Of a stretch of DNA of 56,058 bases, positions 45,910 to 55,255 are shown one piece after another (positions within the stretch are counted from its first letter, which is position 1; each line of letters starts with the position of its first letter). The translations under genes were made by a program, and so were the position numbers. This DNA comes from a virus (Duplodnaviria > Caudoviricetes). Below the pieces are notes generated by a model. The model did not search any database. It had not been told where the DNA came from and was given only the letters and a program-made list of their open reading frames with translations. The stretch covers positions 1-56,058 of IMG/VR virus record IMGVR_UViG_3300030330_000815; one strand, given 5' to 3'.

Positions 45910-48456
45910 TTAAATCCTTTGAATGCTCGTTATACCGTATCTATCTTTTAGATCATCTGGCATCACGCCGCCAGCCGCTGCTCCACCCGTTGTTCTGAAT
46001 CGAGCATATGCTGATTTCTGTGCATCAATTATAGCTTCTGGAGAAAGGTTTTTAACATCTGCATCTTCACCAAACAAATCTTTTAGCAGAAGCTGTTTTG
46101 CCATGTCTGGCATTTTCTCATAAGATTTAATAGCTAGTTCTCTATCTTTAGTAAGAACATCATTTCTAAACTTAGATATATCTAAAAGAAGTTGTCTTTG
46201 AGCAGTTTTACTTTTAGTTGATTTTGATATTGAGTCAATAAGACCGGCCTGCCCAATAACATCTCTATAGCGTGCTGTTGCTCTAGCAAGCTCAATATCT
46301 TCAGGCCGTTTAACCTGAGACAATAGTTTAGCAGCGTTGGTCAAACCTTCTTCACGCCCTGTGCTAGCAGCCAACGCAGCAGAAGCCAGACCAAACCAAT
46401 CAGTAAGGTCTTCTGCTTTCTTAGGTTCTGCAGCAGCAGCGGGAGGAGCATCAGCGGCAGTAGGTTTAGCTTCTTCTATATCTTGTTCCATTTCAGAAAG
46501 AGGATCAGCGTCTAGTGCAAAAGCTTCAACAGCTTCTTCTGCTGTTTTAGGACGGTCTTCGGAGGGAGGCATTATACGACCAACTCCAAAAGAACCATAA
46601 CCTAATCCTTGGTCTTTCAAAGCCTTACTTCTTGCAGCACCTTTTTCTTGTAGTATTCCATCTTCTACAGCTTTAGCAACAGCCGCTGCTCTCTCTTTTT
46701 CTGACAAAGCACTAACATCTACTTTAGCTATAGCCGATGCTCTTTCTTTTGCTTTATCTGGATCAAGTCCCGCTTCAATCAAACGTTTAGTTTCTGTTTC
46801 TATTATTTTATCAACTTTAGCTGCTTGAGCTTGTTCAGCAGCAGCTATTGCACCTCTGCCTTTTACAGTTCCTTTTGCAACATAAGTTGGAAGACCTGAA
46901 CCAACTACCTCTCCAACACCTTTTCCATAAATTAATTCTGCAGCTTTTTTCCTAGACTCAGTAACACTTTCACCTAAATCTCTTTGCCTTCTTTCGACTT
47001 CTGCTTGAAAGGCTGCTTGTTTCTCTTTACCGGCCTTAATATTAGCAAAAAGTTCTGCATCGAATGGATTATTAAATCCTGAACCTATCCTTTCAAGACT
47101 AGAAGTAAAACCTTCTTTAATCTCTCCAAGAATATTTCTATCAGGTTTCGTTGTATTTTTAGAAACACCAGTAGGCGCTGGAATCACAGGAGGAGGACTA
47201 CCAAGACCAGCATTGGCTCGTGCTTGTGCCATGCTCTTGACCAATGCAGGAGGTACGGGAAGACGCCTTCTCTGAAACTCTTTTATAAGTGCTGAAGTAT
47301 TTGGATCATTTGGTGTAGCTCTGCCAGCTAAACTGTACAGATAATTTTGAGAGAATACTTTAAAGTCAGGTCCAGAATGAATTTGTGTAATTCCGCCGGG
47401 AGCATACGAAGCAACAGGATTACCAACCATGCTGCTTAGTCCTTTATCGTCTCCCACACTTTCTGTGTATTGCTGAGACGGAGCACCGCCAAAGGCAAGA
47501 CCTACGATGCCGCCATCATTAAACAAGCCGAAGCCTTTACCAAGAGCACCTGCCGCTGCAGCCTGTCCAAGCATCTGTTGAGTGGCACTAAAAGGAGCGG
47601 CTGTTGTTTTATATGTGTTCATAGGCGGCTGGTAGCCACGAAGAATACCAGAATAAAAACCAATCTGTTGTTTTGGATAATCAACTTCACGCTGAAACTC
47701 TTCAAGACCGCGACCAATAGCTTCCGTCTGCAGACCACGCTGCGCTTCACCAGCGGCTAGCTGACGACCAACACCAGCAGAAAGAATACCTGCCTCATGT
47801 ACTCCAAGACCTGCAAGCTGTCCACCTATATCAGAGACAGCCTGACCTGCACCTATCTGCCTTTGACGCTCTTGCTCAAGACGCTGAGTAGCACGATCAA
47901 ATGCCGTAGCCCCTCCAGTAGTTTGAATGTCAGCAAGGCGCTGTCCAAGATTACGTTCAAACTCTGCTTCAAGAAGAGCACCACGCGAGCCACCAAAAGC
48001 ACCAGACCTTGCCGCCTGTGCCTGAATCGCCTGTCTTTGCGGCTCTGCTCGTCGCAGTTCCTCTCGTATAGCAATATCCGTAACAGCTTGCTGAAACGGA
48101 TTCATCGCCTCTCTTAGTTCTTCACCGCCTATTCTCTGAGCACCAGCAGTCGCTATATCGCTACCTGTAAGAGAAAGCCCCTGCCCACCACGAATAGCAT
48201 CCATACCTGTCTCAGCCATCTCCGTTGATTTTAAACGATCTAAAGCTGTTTGCTGGGCAGGATCAACAGGAGCAAGAGTTTGTTCTCCTACTTCCTGAAG
48301 ACGCCCTCTCTCTGGTGGCGTAATATAGGCTTCTTTAGAGATAGCCGAAGAACGTCGAAAGATGTCCTCAAGAAACGGTCTGAAGAAATCAGGAATCTCG
48401 CTTCTAACTACCTGAGTTTGTGTTGGTGCCGGGGGCGGCGGTGACCCTTTACCCAT
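45910..48456 (-). CDS. Internal virion / DNA ejection protein
   Basis: MNPFQQAV, GAFGGSR, Q/A/G-rich helical N-terminal half typical of podovirus DNA-transfer proteins. Confidence 0.7.
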   Translation of the reverse strand: MGKGSPPPPAPTQTQVVRSEIPDFFRPFLEDIFRRSSAISKEAYITPPERGRLQEVGEQTLAPVDPAQQTALDRLKSTEMAETGMDAIRGGQGLSLTGSDIATAGAQRIGGEELREAMNPFQQAVTDIAIREELRRAEPQRQAIQAQAARSGAFGGSRGALLEAEFERNLGQRLADIQTTGGATAFDRATQRLEQERQRQIGAGQAVSDIGGQLAGLGVHEAGILSAGVGRQLAAGEAQRGLQTEAIGRGLEEFQREVDYPKQQIGFYSGILRGYQPPMNTYKTTAAPFSATQQMLGQAAAAGALGKGFGLFNDGGIVGLAFGGAPSQQYTESVGDDKGLSSMVGNPVASYAPGGITQIHSGPDFKVFSQNYLYSLAGRATPNDPNTSALIKEFQRRRLPVPPALVKSMAQARANAGLGSPPPVIPAPTGVSKNTTKPDRNILGEIKEGFTSSLERIGSGFNNPFDAELFANIKAGKEKQAAFQAEVERRQRDLGESVTESRKKAAELIYGKGVGEVVGSGLPTYVAKGTVKGRGAIAAAEQAQAAKVDKIIETETKRLIEAGLDPDKAKERASAIAKVDVSALSEKERAAAVAKAVEDGILQEKGAARSKALKDQGLGYGSFGVGRIMPPSEDRPKTAEEAVEAFALDADPLSEMEQDIEEAKPTAADAPPAAAAEPKKAEDLTDWFGLASAALAASTGREEGLTNAAKLLSQVKRPEDIELARATARYRDVIGQAGLIDSISKSTKSKTAQRQLLLDISKFRNDVLTKDRELAIKSYEKMPDMAKQLLLKDLFGEDADVKNLSPEAIIDAQKSAYARFRTTGGAAAGGVMPDDLKDRYGITSIQRI

Positions 48457-48889
48457 GACAAACCTCTTTCTCTACCAAATAAAACTTTTGATGATAATTA
48501 TCTTTTTTCATTCTTTTAATCCAACCTTTTCGTCCACCAGTTTCAATAGAAGAACATTTATTGAGAACCGCAAACTTTTCTAAATCAGCTAACATTGGAT
48601 CGTACCAACTATCTAAATTCTTTCCTGAACATAAAAGAAGAGTAAGAACTTTTTTACGTGGATAGTTACAAAAGTGAGAAACTACTAATCCATCTATCTT
48701 TTCATTTACCGCATCAAACGCTAACCAAAGCTGCATCTGATCTGCATGTAAAGCTTCTTTTATGTCCTCTTTATTATATCTTCCACCAGTATAAGGAATA
48801 ACTTTATCTAATAATTTGTCTACTTCATCTGTTTCTAATACTGGATTATAGTTTAGTATATCAGCACCGAGCTTAACTATTTTGTGCAT
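48449..48889 (-). CDS. GNAT-like virion assembly protein
   Basis: QLW, YPRK..L....G, FA...C..IE..GR.GW pattern; between ejection genes. Confidence 0.6.
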   Translation of the reverse strand: MHKIVKLGADILNYNPVLETDEVDKLLDKVIPYTGGRYNKEDIKEALHADQMQLWLAFDAVNEKIDGLVVSHFCNYPRKKVLTLLLCSGKNLDSWYDPMLADLEKFAVLNKCSSIETGGRKGWIKRMKKDNYHQKFYLVEKEVCHG

Positions 48890-48890
48890 T

Positions 48891-50279
48891 TTATCCCATC
48901 ATAGAAGAAAGCGTCCTACTCAGCGGCCCCGGCTGTTGTGGAGTTCCGTTCTTGTCTTCACGAACATTCTTCATAAGATTATAAAGTTTTTCGTGTCCCT
49001 TCGTAATATTTCCGCCACCTATTTCAGCAACTTTATTACGGGGAATAACAAACTCTCCACGAGATAGCCGTGCCGCTTGTCGTCCTCCTATTGTAGCCTG
49101 AACTTTATCATCAAGTCCAGAACCGGGACCGCCAACTAATCCCTGCAAACCACTGTTAATTACATTTCCTTTTTGATAGTTGGCTCCACCAGCACTCATT
49201 CCAAGTTCATTTGCAAGACGCTTTGCTCCTGCAGTCGTATCACCATCTCCAATGTCAGACACAACATCAGCAGTAATAACAAAATCATTTTCATTTAGCT
49301 TTGCAGGACCGCCTTCAGCCATTACCGGCTGGGGTTGTAAGGAATAAGGATTAAAGAAAGTACGGCTTCCTATTGGCGCTAGCCGCCTTTGCATCGGTGC
49401 CGCAGGAGAAATAGTGTACGGGTCTTCTTCTTCCATAGAGAAAGGTTCTGGTTCGGGTGGTGTAAGAGCATACTTAATACCTTCACCTGCCGCTTGCATT
49501 GCAATATTTGACATAGGAGTTGCGCCTAACTTCTGTAGATAAGTAGGCTCTACTATCGACGCAGTATCAGCACCTACATCTCCTTGAACAGGCGGAAGAT
49601 CGCTTATTCCTGCGTATTCAGGAGACGTAAAAAAACCTTCGCCAGCTTTTGTTATGTTTGTACCTGTTAAGCTTGAAGCAGCTTCTTCTCCTCCAAACTC
49701 TCCTACAGTTTCTCCTAACGTTGTATCTCCTACAATGTCTGATGCAATACCATCTGCACCACCAAATATCTTTCCAGCGCCATAAGAGAACAATGCAGAC
49801 ATAGCAGCGTCTCCAAGTATCTCATCTGGCTCTTTGCCTTCAAGAACACCTACAGCCGCGCTAGAAGCAGCGGAAGCTCCTACAGGACCAAGAAAAGGAG
49901 TAAGAAGAACTGTACCAGCTATGCGTCCCAACATTCCAAGAATACCACCCCTTCTATAATGAAGAGGAATATCAGCAATTCCGCCGCCAGCCATTTCTAC
50001 ACCGCGTCCTCTGAGAACATCAGCGTAACTAATTTTTCCATCTTTATTTAAATCAGGAAAACCAGCAGCGCCTCCTTCAGCCATTTGAATGCCACGTATC
50101 TTTGCAAGCATTTCCATAATACGTGTGCGTTGCTCTGGGCTTATAGATGATATATTCGGCACTCCTCCGGTGGGTGCTCTTCCAGTAGGCATTCTTCCAG
50201 AAACACCTTCTAAACCTACTTGAAGACCGGCGTTTCCCATGTTCATGTTAAATCCAACCATTAGTGAAAATCCTGCCAA
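48891..50279 (-). CDS. Internal virion protein with multiple hydrophobic-xxGG motifs, EF-hand-like loop and duplicated GEFV module (start may be ~50247)
   Basis: MAEGG x2, MAGGG, YRRGG, MSAGG; DLNKDGKISYAD; GPG.G.DD...ARLSRGEFV. Confidence 0.7.
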   Translation of the reverse strand: MAGFSLMVGFNMNMGNAGLQVGLEGVSGRMPTGRAPTGGVPNISSISPEQRTRIMEMLAKIRGIQMAEGGAAGFPDLNKDGKISYADVLRGRGVEMAGGGIADIPLHYRRGGILGMLGRIAGTVLLTPFLGPVGASAASSAAVGVLEGKEPDEILGDAAMSALFSYGAGKIFGGADGIASDIVGDTTLGETVGEFGGEEAASSLTGTNITKAGEGFFTSPEYAGISDLPPVQGDVGADTASIVEPTYLQKLGATPMSNIAMQAAGEGIKYALTPPEPEPFSMEEEDPYTISPAAPMQRRLAPIGSRTFFNPYSLQPQPVMAEGGPAKLNENDFVITADVVSDIGDGDTTAGAKRLANELGMSAGGANYQKGNVINSGLQGLVGGPGSGLDDKVQATIGGRQAARLSRGEFVIPRNKVAEIGGGNITKGHEKLYNLMKNVREDKNGTPQQPGPLSRTLSSMMG

Positions 50280-50563
50280 GTTGTTCCGTTATAACCCTGA
50301 AATTTATTTGTAGAAGAATTAAATCTAATATCACCAGCTTTAGCTGTAACCGCTGATCCAGTGTCTGCTACGTTTATTCTTCCGGGTATTTCAATACTTC
50401 CATCATCGTCTTTTTCTACTTTACGCTGCTGTAAACGAATGTCAGCTTGATTGTTTGTTTCTATCAGAGCAGTTGCCCACTGACCTATAATTCGATAAAG
50501 AGTTTCTGAAACTACAGTATCAAAGTTATATGGAAATCTGGGAAAGTTAGGAAACTGAGCCAT
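50261..50563 (-). CDS. Tail-associated hypothetical protein
   Basis: G.IRFN.STNKFQGYNGT.W motif found in fibre and tail proteins. Confidence 0.6.
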   Translation of the reverse strand: MAQFPNFPRFPYNFDTVVSETLYRIIGQWATALIETNNQADIRLQQRKVEKDDDGSIEIPGRINVADTGSAVTAKAGDIRFNSSTNKFQGYNGTTWQDFH

Positions 50564-50565
50564 AT

Positions 50566-52404
50566 TTATCTCTTACCATCAGCCATCATATCCATTCTGA
50601 CTGTTCCAAATTTCCATTGCGTTTGAGCCGTAGACGTAGCTATTTTTAGTTTAGCTGTACGCCCCCGTGCTCTCGGCCTTAGCTGAGTAGTAGTGTTGTT
50701 TACAACAAACGGTCCCTTCGTTATTTCTTCTGAGCTAGGATGTGATTTAGTAATTAGACTTACATCCAAAGTACCAACAGAAACAATGAAGTCAGGAATA
50801 ATTCTGTCTATATACATTATATCGTCTCCATCACCGATATCAAATTCGCCGCTTTCAACGAATGAGGTTAACAGAGCACCATCTGCGGTATATACGCCGT
50901 TAGGTTCGTTATTATAAAGATAAGCATAATTAGGAGGAGTTTCTCCTATTGAAACAGAAACACCCGCTGTTAATACATTCTCAAATACGTTTGAGTCTTC
51001 CCACACTGTCCAGATAGCATCACCATAAGTCCAGTAGTTTTGAGAAGGACTAAACGAAACATACTTATTACACTCTTTAGACGCAGCAGAAGGATATAAC
51101 CAAGTAACTTCTTCAAACTCAGAGTTTACACCAGCATATACTTTTTCTTTTTGATCAAAGTTAAAATCATCAAATATAAATGAGCGAACGGTACATGGTA
51201 AGACATTTACCTGACCAGCATACATAAAGAAGTTGCCTTCTCCCATCCAAAAAGCTCTGCCATCTATCTCTGCTGCCGCTGTTCTTGAAATAATTCCACA
51301 GTTATCTCCAAGCTGTGTGCTGGCAAAGACAAGAGGAGAACCTACAAACTGCATTCCATGAAGAGACTTATCAGTCCAAACTAATGTCTGATTACTATAA
51401 TTAATAGCGCAACGAATTTCAGAACCACTAGCTAGTCGCACATCACCAGAAGTATTTCCTACTGAGGGTGTCCAATCATCATAGTTTTCTTGTGCAGACC
51501 AACGAACCAAAAGAGGATCAAACTCACCTGTCTGATCGGTAGAACCAAGAGCAAGCACATGCCTGTCGATTGGACTTACAATAACTCCATTGGTAACGGT
51601 GGGTGCGGCGCTGACGATAACAGCTTCTGTACCTGTTCCGTTGCTTTCATCCCATCTATATATTCTGCCTTCAGGATAAGGATTGATAAGAAGGTCTTCA
51701 CCAAAAGGTGAAAATGTCCATTTGCGAATATCAAATTCAACATTTGTTGAAGTAGCTGGAACGTTCCAAGCACGAACACTTGCACCAGCAACAAGACCAT
51801 TATATGTTCCAGCATTATAACCCGAACCACCAGTTGCATTTAATTCACCAGAAGGAAGTCTGTAATTAATTGTAGCATTTCCTGCATTAACAGATGTTGC
51901 TGCTGCTGCTGAAACATATGTAATTTCAAAAGAATTATTATCTACAACACTTACTTGATAGTCACCGTCAAAATAAACATTACCACCAACCGTAGTAGCA
52001 TTTTCAATTTCAATATAACTATCTTGTTGAATGTTATGCGCTGTTAAACTAACAATAACATCAAAACTTCCCACACTTGTATTAAAACAAGCACTTACAG
52101 AAACAATGCTTACAATAGGAGTAATGTCATAAAAACTACCACCAGTTTCTAAGTAAACTTTATGATTAGTACCTATTGCTGCATATTTAGTTGAGTCTAA
52201 GCTTGACCAAGTTGTTATTTGACGAGCAGTTCCTATAAAGGTGCTAACATTTCTTTTTTGCCAGCCTCTAATATTCTGTGGTTTACCGTCTCTGAAACGA
52301 ACACGATTACCGTCAAACCAACCACCTTCTGCAGCATAAGGAGTGGTTTCACGGGTAATACCGGGACGAAACTCGTATTTAACTGTTCTAGAGTCAGTAG
52401 ACAT
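50566..52404 (-). CDS. Tail nozzle / packaged-DNA stabilisation protein (P22 gp10 / T7 gp12-like)
   Basis: PGI..E.T.Y..EG.W....VRF..G.P, FGEDL, RWS.QE....W.P, F.EV.W.YPS, DG.R end. Confidence 0.75.
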   Translation of the reverse strand: MSTDSRTVKYEFRPGITRETTPYAAEGGWFDGNRVRFRDGKPQNIRGWQKRNVSTFIGTARQITTWSSLDSTKYAAIGTNHKVYLETGGSFYDITPIVSIVSVSACFNTSVGSFDVIVSLTAHNIQQDSYIEIENATTVGGNVYFDGDYQVSVVDNNSFEITYVSAAAATSVNAGNATINYRLPSGELNATGGSGYNAGTYNGLVAGASVRAWNVPATSTNVEFDIRKWTFSPFGEDLLINPYPEGRIYRWDESNGTGTEAVIVSAAPTVTNGVIVSPIDRHVLALGSTDQTGEFDPLLVRWSAQENYDDWTPSVGNTSGDVRLASGSEIRCAINYSNQTLVWTDKSLHGMQFVGSPLVFASTQLGDNCGIISRTAAAEIDGRAFWMGEGNFFMYAGQVNVLPCTVRSFIFDDFNFDQKEKVYAGVNSEFEEVTWLYPSAASKECNKYVSFSPSQNYWTYGDAIWTVWEDSNVFENVLTAGVSVSIGETPPNYAYLYNNEPNGVYTADGALLTSFVESGEFDIGDGDDIMYIDRIIPDFIVSVGTLDVSLITKSHPSSEEITKGPFVVNNTTTQLRPRARGRTAKLKIATSTAQTQWKFGTVRMDMMADGKR

Positions 52405-52414
52405 TTTTATTTAT

Positions 52415-53347
52415 TTACTTTAAATCTTTTAGAGCAGCAACATCAATAGCAGAAACTCCTCTTACAAAGTAAGATAGTCCATCTACTGCACTAGCTAATT
52501 GTGTGAGAGATATAGAAGCACCTCCTGAAAAATTCCAAACATCTGAAAAAGAAATATCATTTGAACCAACTGAATCTTGAATTACGTAAATTATTCCAGA
52601 CTGTCCTTGAGTTATATTTAAAGGAGTTTGAATTGAAACATCGCCTTTTGTATAAACAAAAAAGTTATTACTTTGACGCAGGTTAATCTGATGATCACCG
52701 CTAACACTGGCAGTAACAAACTTGGCTATAGCTGCGCCACTAACAGAGACAACAGACTCAAAAGTAACTGTTGATTTTGCAGTTATATTTGTAGCAACAA
52801 TAGACGTTCCTGAAACTGAACCACCTGTGATAGCAGTATTATTAATTGTAGAACCACTAATAGCAGCACTGGTAATAGTAGGAACATTAATAGTAGTAGC
52901 AGAAAGAGTTGCAGGTTGTCCTGTCGTTTGATTTACAGGAGTAGTTACAGGGTTAACACTGACACCATCAGTAAAGATAACACAGGTTGTTCCCTGTGGA
53001 GCAACAAAGCCATTTGTCTCTGATGTACTTTTAATAGTTACATCAAAGCTACCTGATGTATTGTTTCGAACAATATAAACTTTTTCAATATTGTCTGGAA
53101 CATTAACATCAACGCTAGAGGTCAAAGTACCGTGAAGATAGAGAGCAGCAGAACGAGCTTCATCACTAGCACCGTTATTAGTAGTCAGAGTATGACTAGC
53201 GTCAGTTAGCGTTATTGATGTATAAGCGCCTACAGCTTGGTCTACAAGATCGATAACATTATCATTTAAACGATTACCCCAGCTACCAGCGTTATCACCT
53301 GATCCCTGTTTTTCTAAACGTAGGTTTGTTGTGTAAGTACTAGACAT
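52415..53347 (-). CDS. Tail fibre anchor protein
   Basis: M.STYT..L.LE.Q..G.N...WG..N; C-terminal domain paralogous to 1442-2332. Confidence 0.65.
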   Translation of the reverse strand: MSSTYTTNLRLEKQGSGDNAGSWGNRLNDNVIDLVDQAVGAYTSITLTDASHTLTTNNGASDEARSAALYLHGTLTSSVDVNVPDNIEKVYIVRNNTSGSFDVTIKSTSETNGFVAPQGTTCVIFTDGVSVNPVTTPVNQTTGQPATLSATTINVPTITSAAISGSTINNTAITGGSVSGTSIVATNITAKSTVTFESVVSVSGAAIAKFVTASVSGDHQINLRQSNNFFVYTKGDVSIQTPLNITQGQSGIIYVIQDSVGSNDISFSDVWNFSGGASISLTQLASAVDGLSYFVRGVSAIDVAALKDLK

Positions 53348-53352
53348 TTATA

Positions 53353-54012
53353 TCAAGTCCCACTAATTAAATTATCTTCGCCGCCAGAAGGATTAGCTGC
53401 CACAATCATATCATCACGGCGAGTGCGTCTTGCTTCATTATTTAGAGCAGCAACTTCTTCAGTATATCTTTTTTCCCAGTAGGCTACTGCAGAAGGATTC
53501 TTCATGTAATAGCAGCCTTCAATCAAACAAGCGTACAGCAAAGCATTAGAGGCATAATCAGTAAAGTAATTTGTCTGATTATTGTCAGCTAATGAAACTG
53601 GTTTAACAATGTACTCCATTTCAACGTTGCTGGTTGAAGAAGGAGTAGGAGCTACTAGTATTCTATCATATCCAAAGTTAGAATAATAACGTGGTGATCC
53701 TACAGAAGTACGTACAGGCCAGTAATCTGTAATGTATTCATTAGTTGCTTGCAGAAGTTGAATACGATTTCCTTCTGCAGTTTTGTAGTTAATACTACGA
53801 ATAATAGCAGTCTCTACTGGTTTACTTAAAAAAGGATCGCCAATATTAAAGTTAGAAGCAGCGTATCTATTTAAACCTAGTGAATCAATTTCACGAAAAA
53901 GACGCCATTCTCCACGATCAATAAAAGATGGAACAGCATCAGAAAATTCTGAGCCATCATTTTCCAAAATGTCTTTTATTTGACTTTGAAGAGTTGAGTA
54001 AGTTAAAGACAT
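53353..54012 (-). CDS. Tail adaptor / tubular protein A-like
   Basis: TY..L...I, G.PRYY, .APTP, LLYACL.E, RRD. Confidence 0.65.
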   Translation of the reverse strand: MSLTYSTLQSQIKDILENDGSEFSDAVPSFIDRGEWRLFREIDSLGLNRYAASNFNIGDPFLSKPVETAIIRSINYKTAEGNRIQLLQATNEYITDYWPVRTSVGSPRYYSNFGYDRILVAPTPSSTSNVEMEYIVKPVSLADNNQTNYFTDYASNALLYACLIEGCYYMKNPSAVAYWEKRYTEEVAALNNEARRTRRDDMIVAANPSGGEDNLISGT

Positions 54013-54021
54013 TATAATTTC

Positions 54022-54666
54022 CTATAAAAGCGTTGTGACCGTTGTCCAAGCTTCCAGCGTATCGTTTTCAGGAACACTGTACCAAACTAGTCCAGTAGCT
54101 TGATCAAATCTTGCACTCAGTCCTGTAACACTTACGTTTGCGTCACCGGTTACTGAATAGTCTCCTACATTAAATATAGCACTAGCTCCTGCTATACTTA
54201 CTGGAGTTAAAATTTCTAAACCAAAAGAACCGTCATTCCACTCAGCAGCTACACCAGTTAAAACAGCAACACCACCGCCTGAAGCTCTAAGTTCTCCAGT
54301 ATTAGCTATAAAGCCTGAACCACTAACATTTACATTAGTAGTAATAGTATTTGTAATTGTTCCAGTATTAAAAGTAGCATTAACACCAGTAAGAGCGGCT
54401 TCTATAAATGGTATAGCAACAATATTACCAGAATTAAAAAATGATGATTGTCCTGTTACATTAACAACAGCATTGCCTGAAAGAGTTAGTGTTCCTGTAT
54501 TTGCTGTGTATCCTACACCTATAACATTAAATGTTAAATTAATAGTAGGTGAAACAGTTCCTGTCAGGAAAATAGCATTAACGCCTGTAATGGCTACCGT
54601 ATGATCAGGTACACCGATATTCTCAGCAAAAGCTGTTTCAGCAAAGGCGCTGTTGCCAAAAACCAT
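54022..54666 (-). CDS. Beta-rich virion structural protein
   Basis: FG...FAE.AFA start; repeated V.G....TG units. Confidence 0.55.
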   Translation of the reverse strand: MVFGNSAFAETAFAENIGVPDHTVAITGVNAIFLTGTVSPTINLTFNVIGVGYTANTGTLTLSGNAVVNVTGQSSFFNSGNIVAIPFIEAALTGVNATFNTGTITNTITTNVNVSGSGFIANTGELRASGGGVAVLTGVAAEWNDGSFGLEILTPVSIAGASAIFNVGDYSVTGDANVSVTGLSARFDQATGLVWYSVPENDTLEAWTTVTTLL

Positions 54667-54667
54667 T

Positions 54668-55246
54668 TTAGTTTCCTAGTTCAGGCCAATCGTATAGAAC
54701 ACCAGACTTAGTTACACTACCGTCTTCATTGGTCGTATACGTTACAAATAAATCAGCTATAGCGTCTGTGTCAGCGGCATTATCAATAGCCGTTTCCATC
54801 TCTGTGGCTTTGGACCGGATAGCAGCACGGTAGGTTGCAATGTTGTCAGGAACCGCTGTACCAGTGTCAGCGTTGCGGATCACAGCCCAGTCAGTTTGGG
54901 ACAACAGTGCGCCTTGCTGCGCTTTGACTTCTGCAATCAGGTTTGATTTGACGCCCGGTGTAACAACCTGTTCGCCGTCCTCTACAATCGGATCGCCGTT
55001 TTCGTCAACTGCATTAACATCGTCCAGCGACTTAGCCGTGCTTGTAATCGTGCCGTCATCATTATATCCCCAGTGATATAGACGGCTGTCCGGTGAAGGC
55101 TGTTGCACTATTTCAGTAATGCCGCATTCGGCTTTTTCTTCCGCCGACCAGACGTGCCAGTTTGCGGGATGCTGAATGCCATTCCCGTCGGTCCACGCCT
55201 TACCGGGCCGGATGTTCTGCCCGTGGCATTTGAAAATTGATGTCAT
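54668..55246 (-). CDS. Tail fibre assembly chaperone
   Basis: G..HP.NW..WS..EK, LL..TDW.V.R..P..I..YRAA.R, WP end; directly after fibre; GGAGG RBS. Confidence 0.75.
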   Translation of the reverse strand: MTSIFKCHGQNIRPGKAWTDGNGIQHPANWHVWSAEEKAECGITEIVQQPSPDSRLYHWGYNDDGTITSTAKSLDDVNAVDENGDPIVEDGEQVVTPGVKSNLIAEVKAQQGALLSQTDWAVIRNADTGTAVPDNIATYRAAIRSKATEMETAIDNAADTDAIADLFVTYTTNEDGSVTKSGVLYDWPELGN

Positions 55247-55255
55247 GTATGCCTC

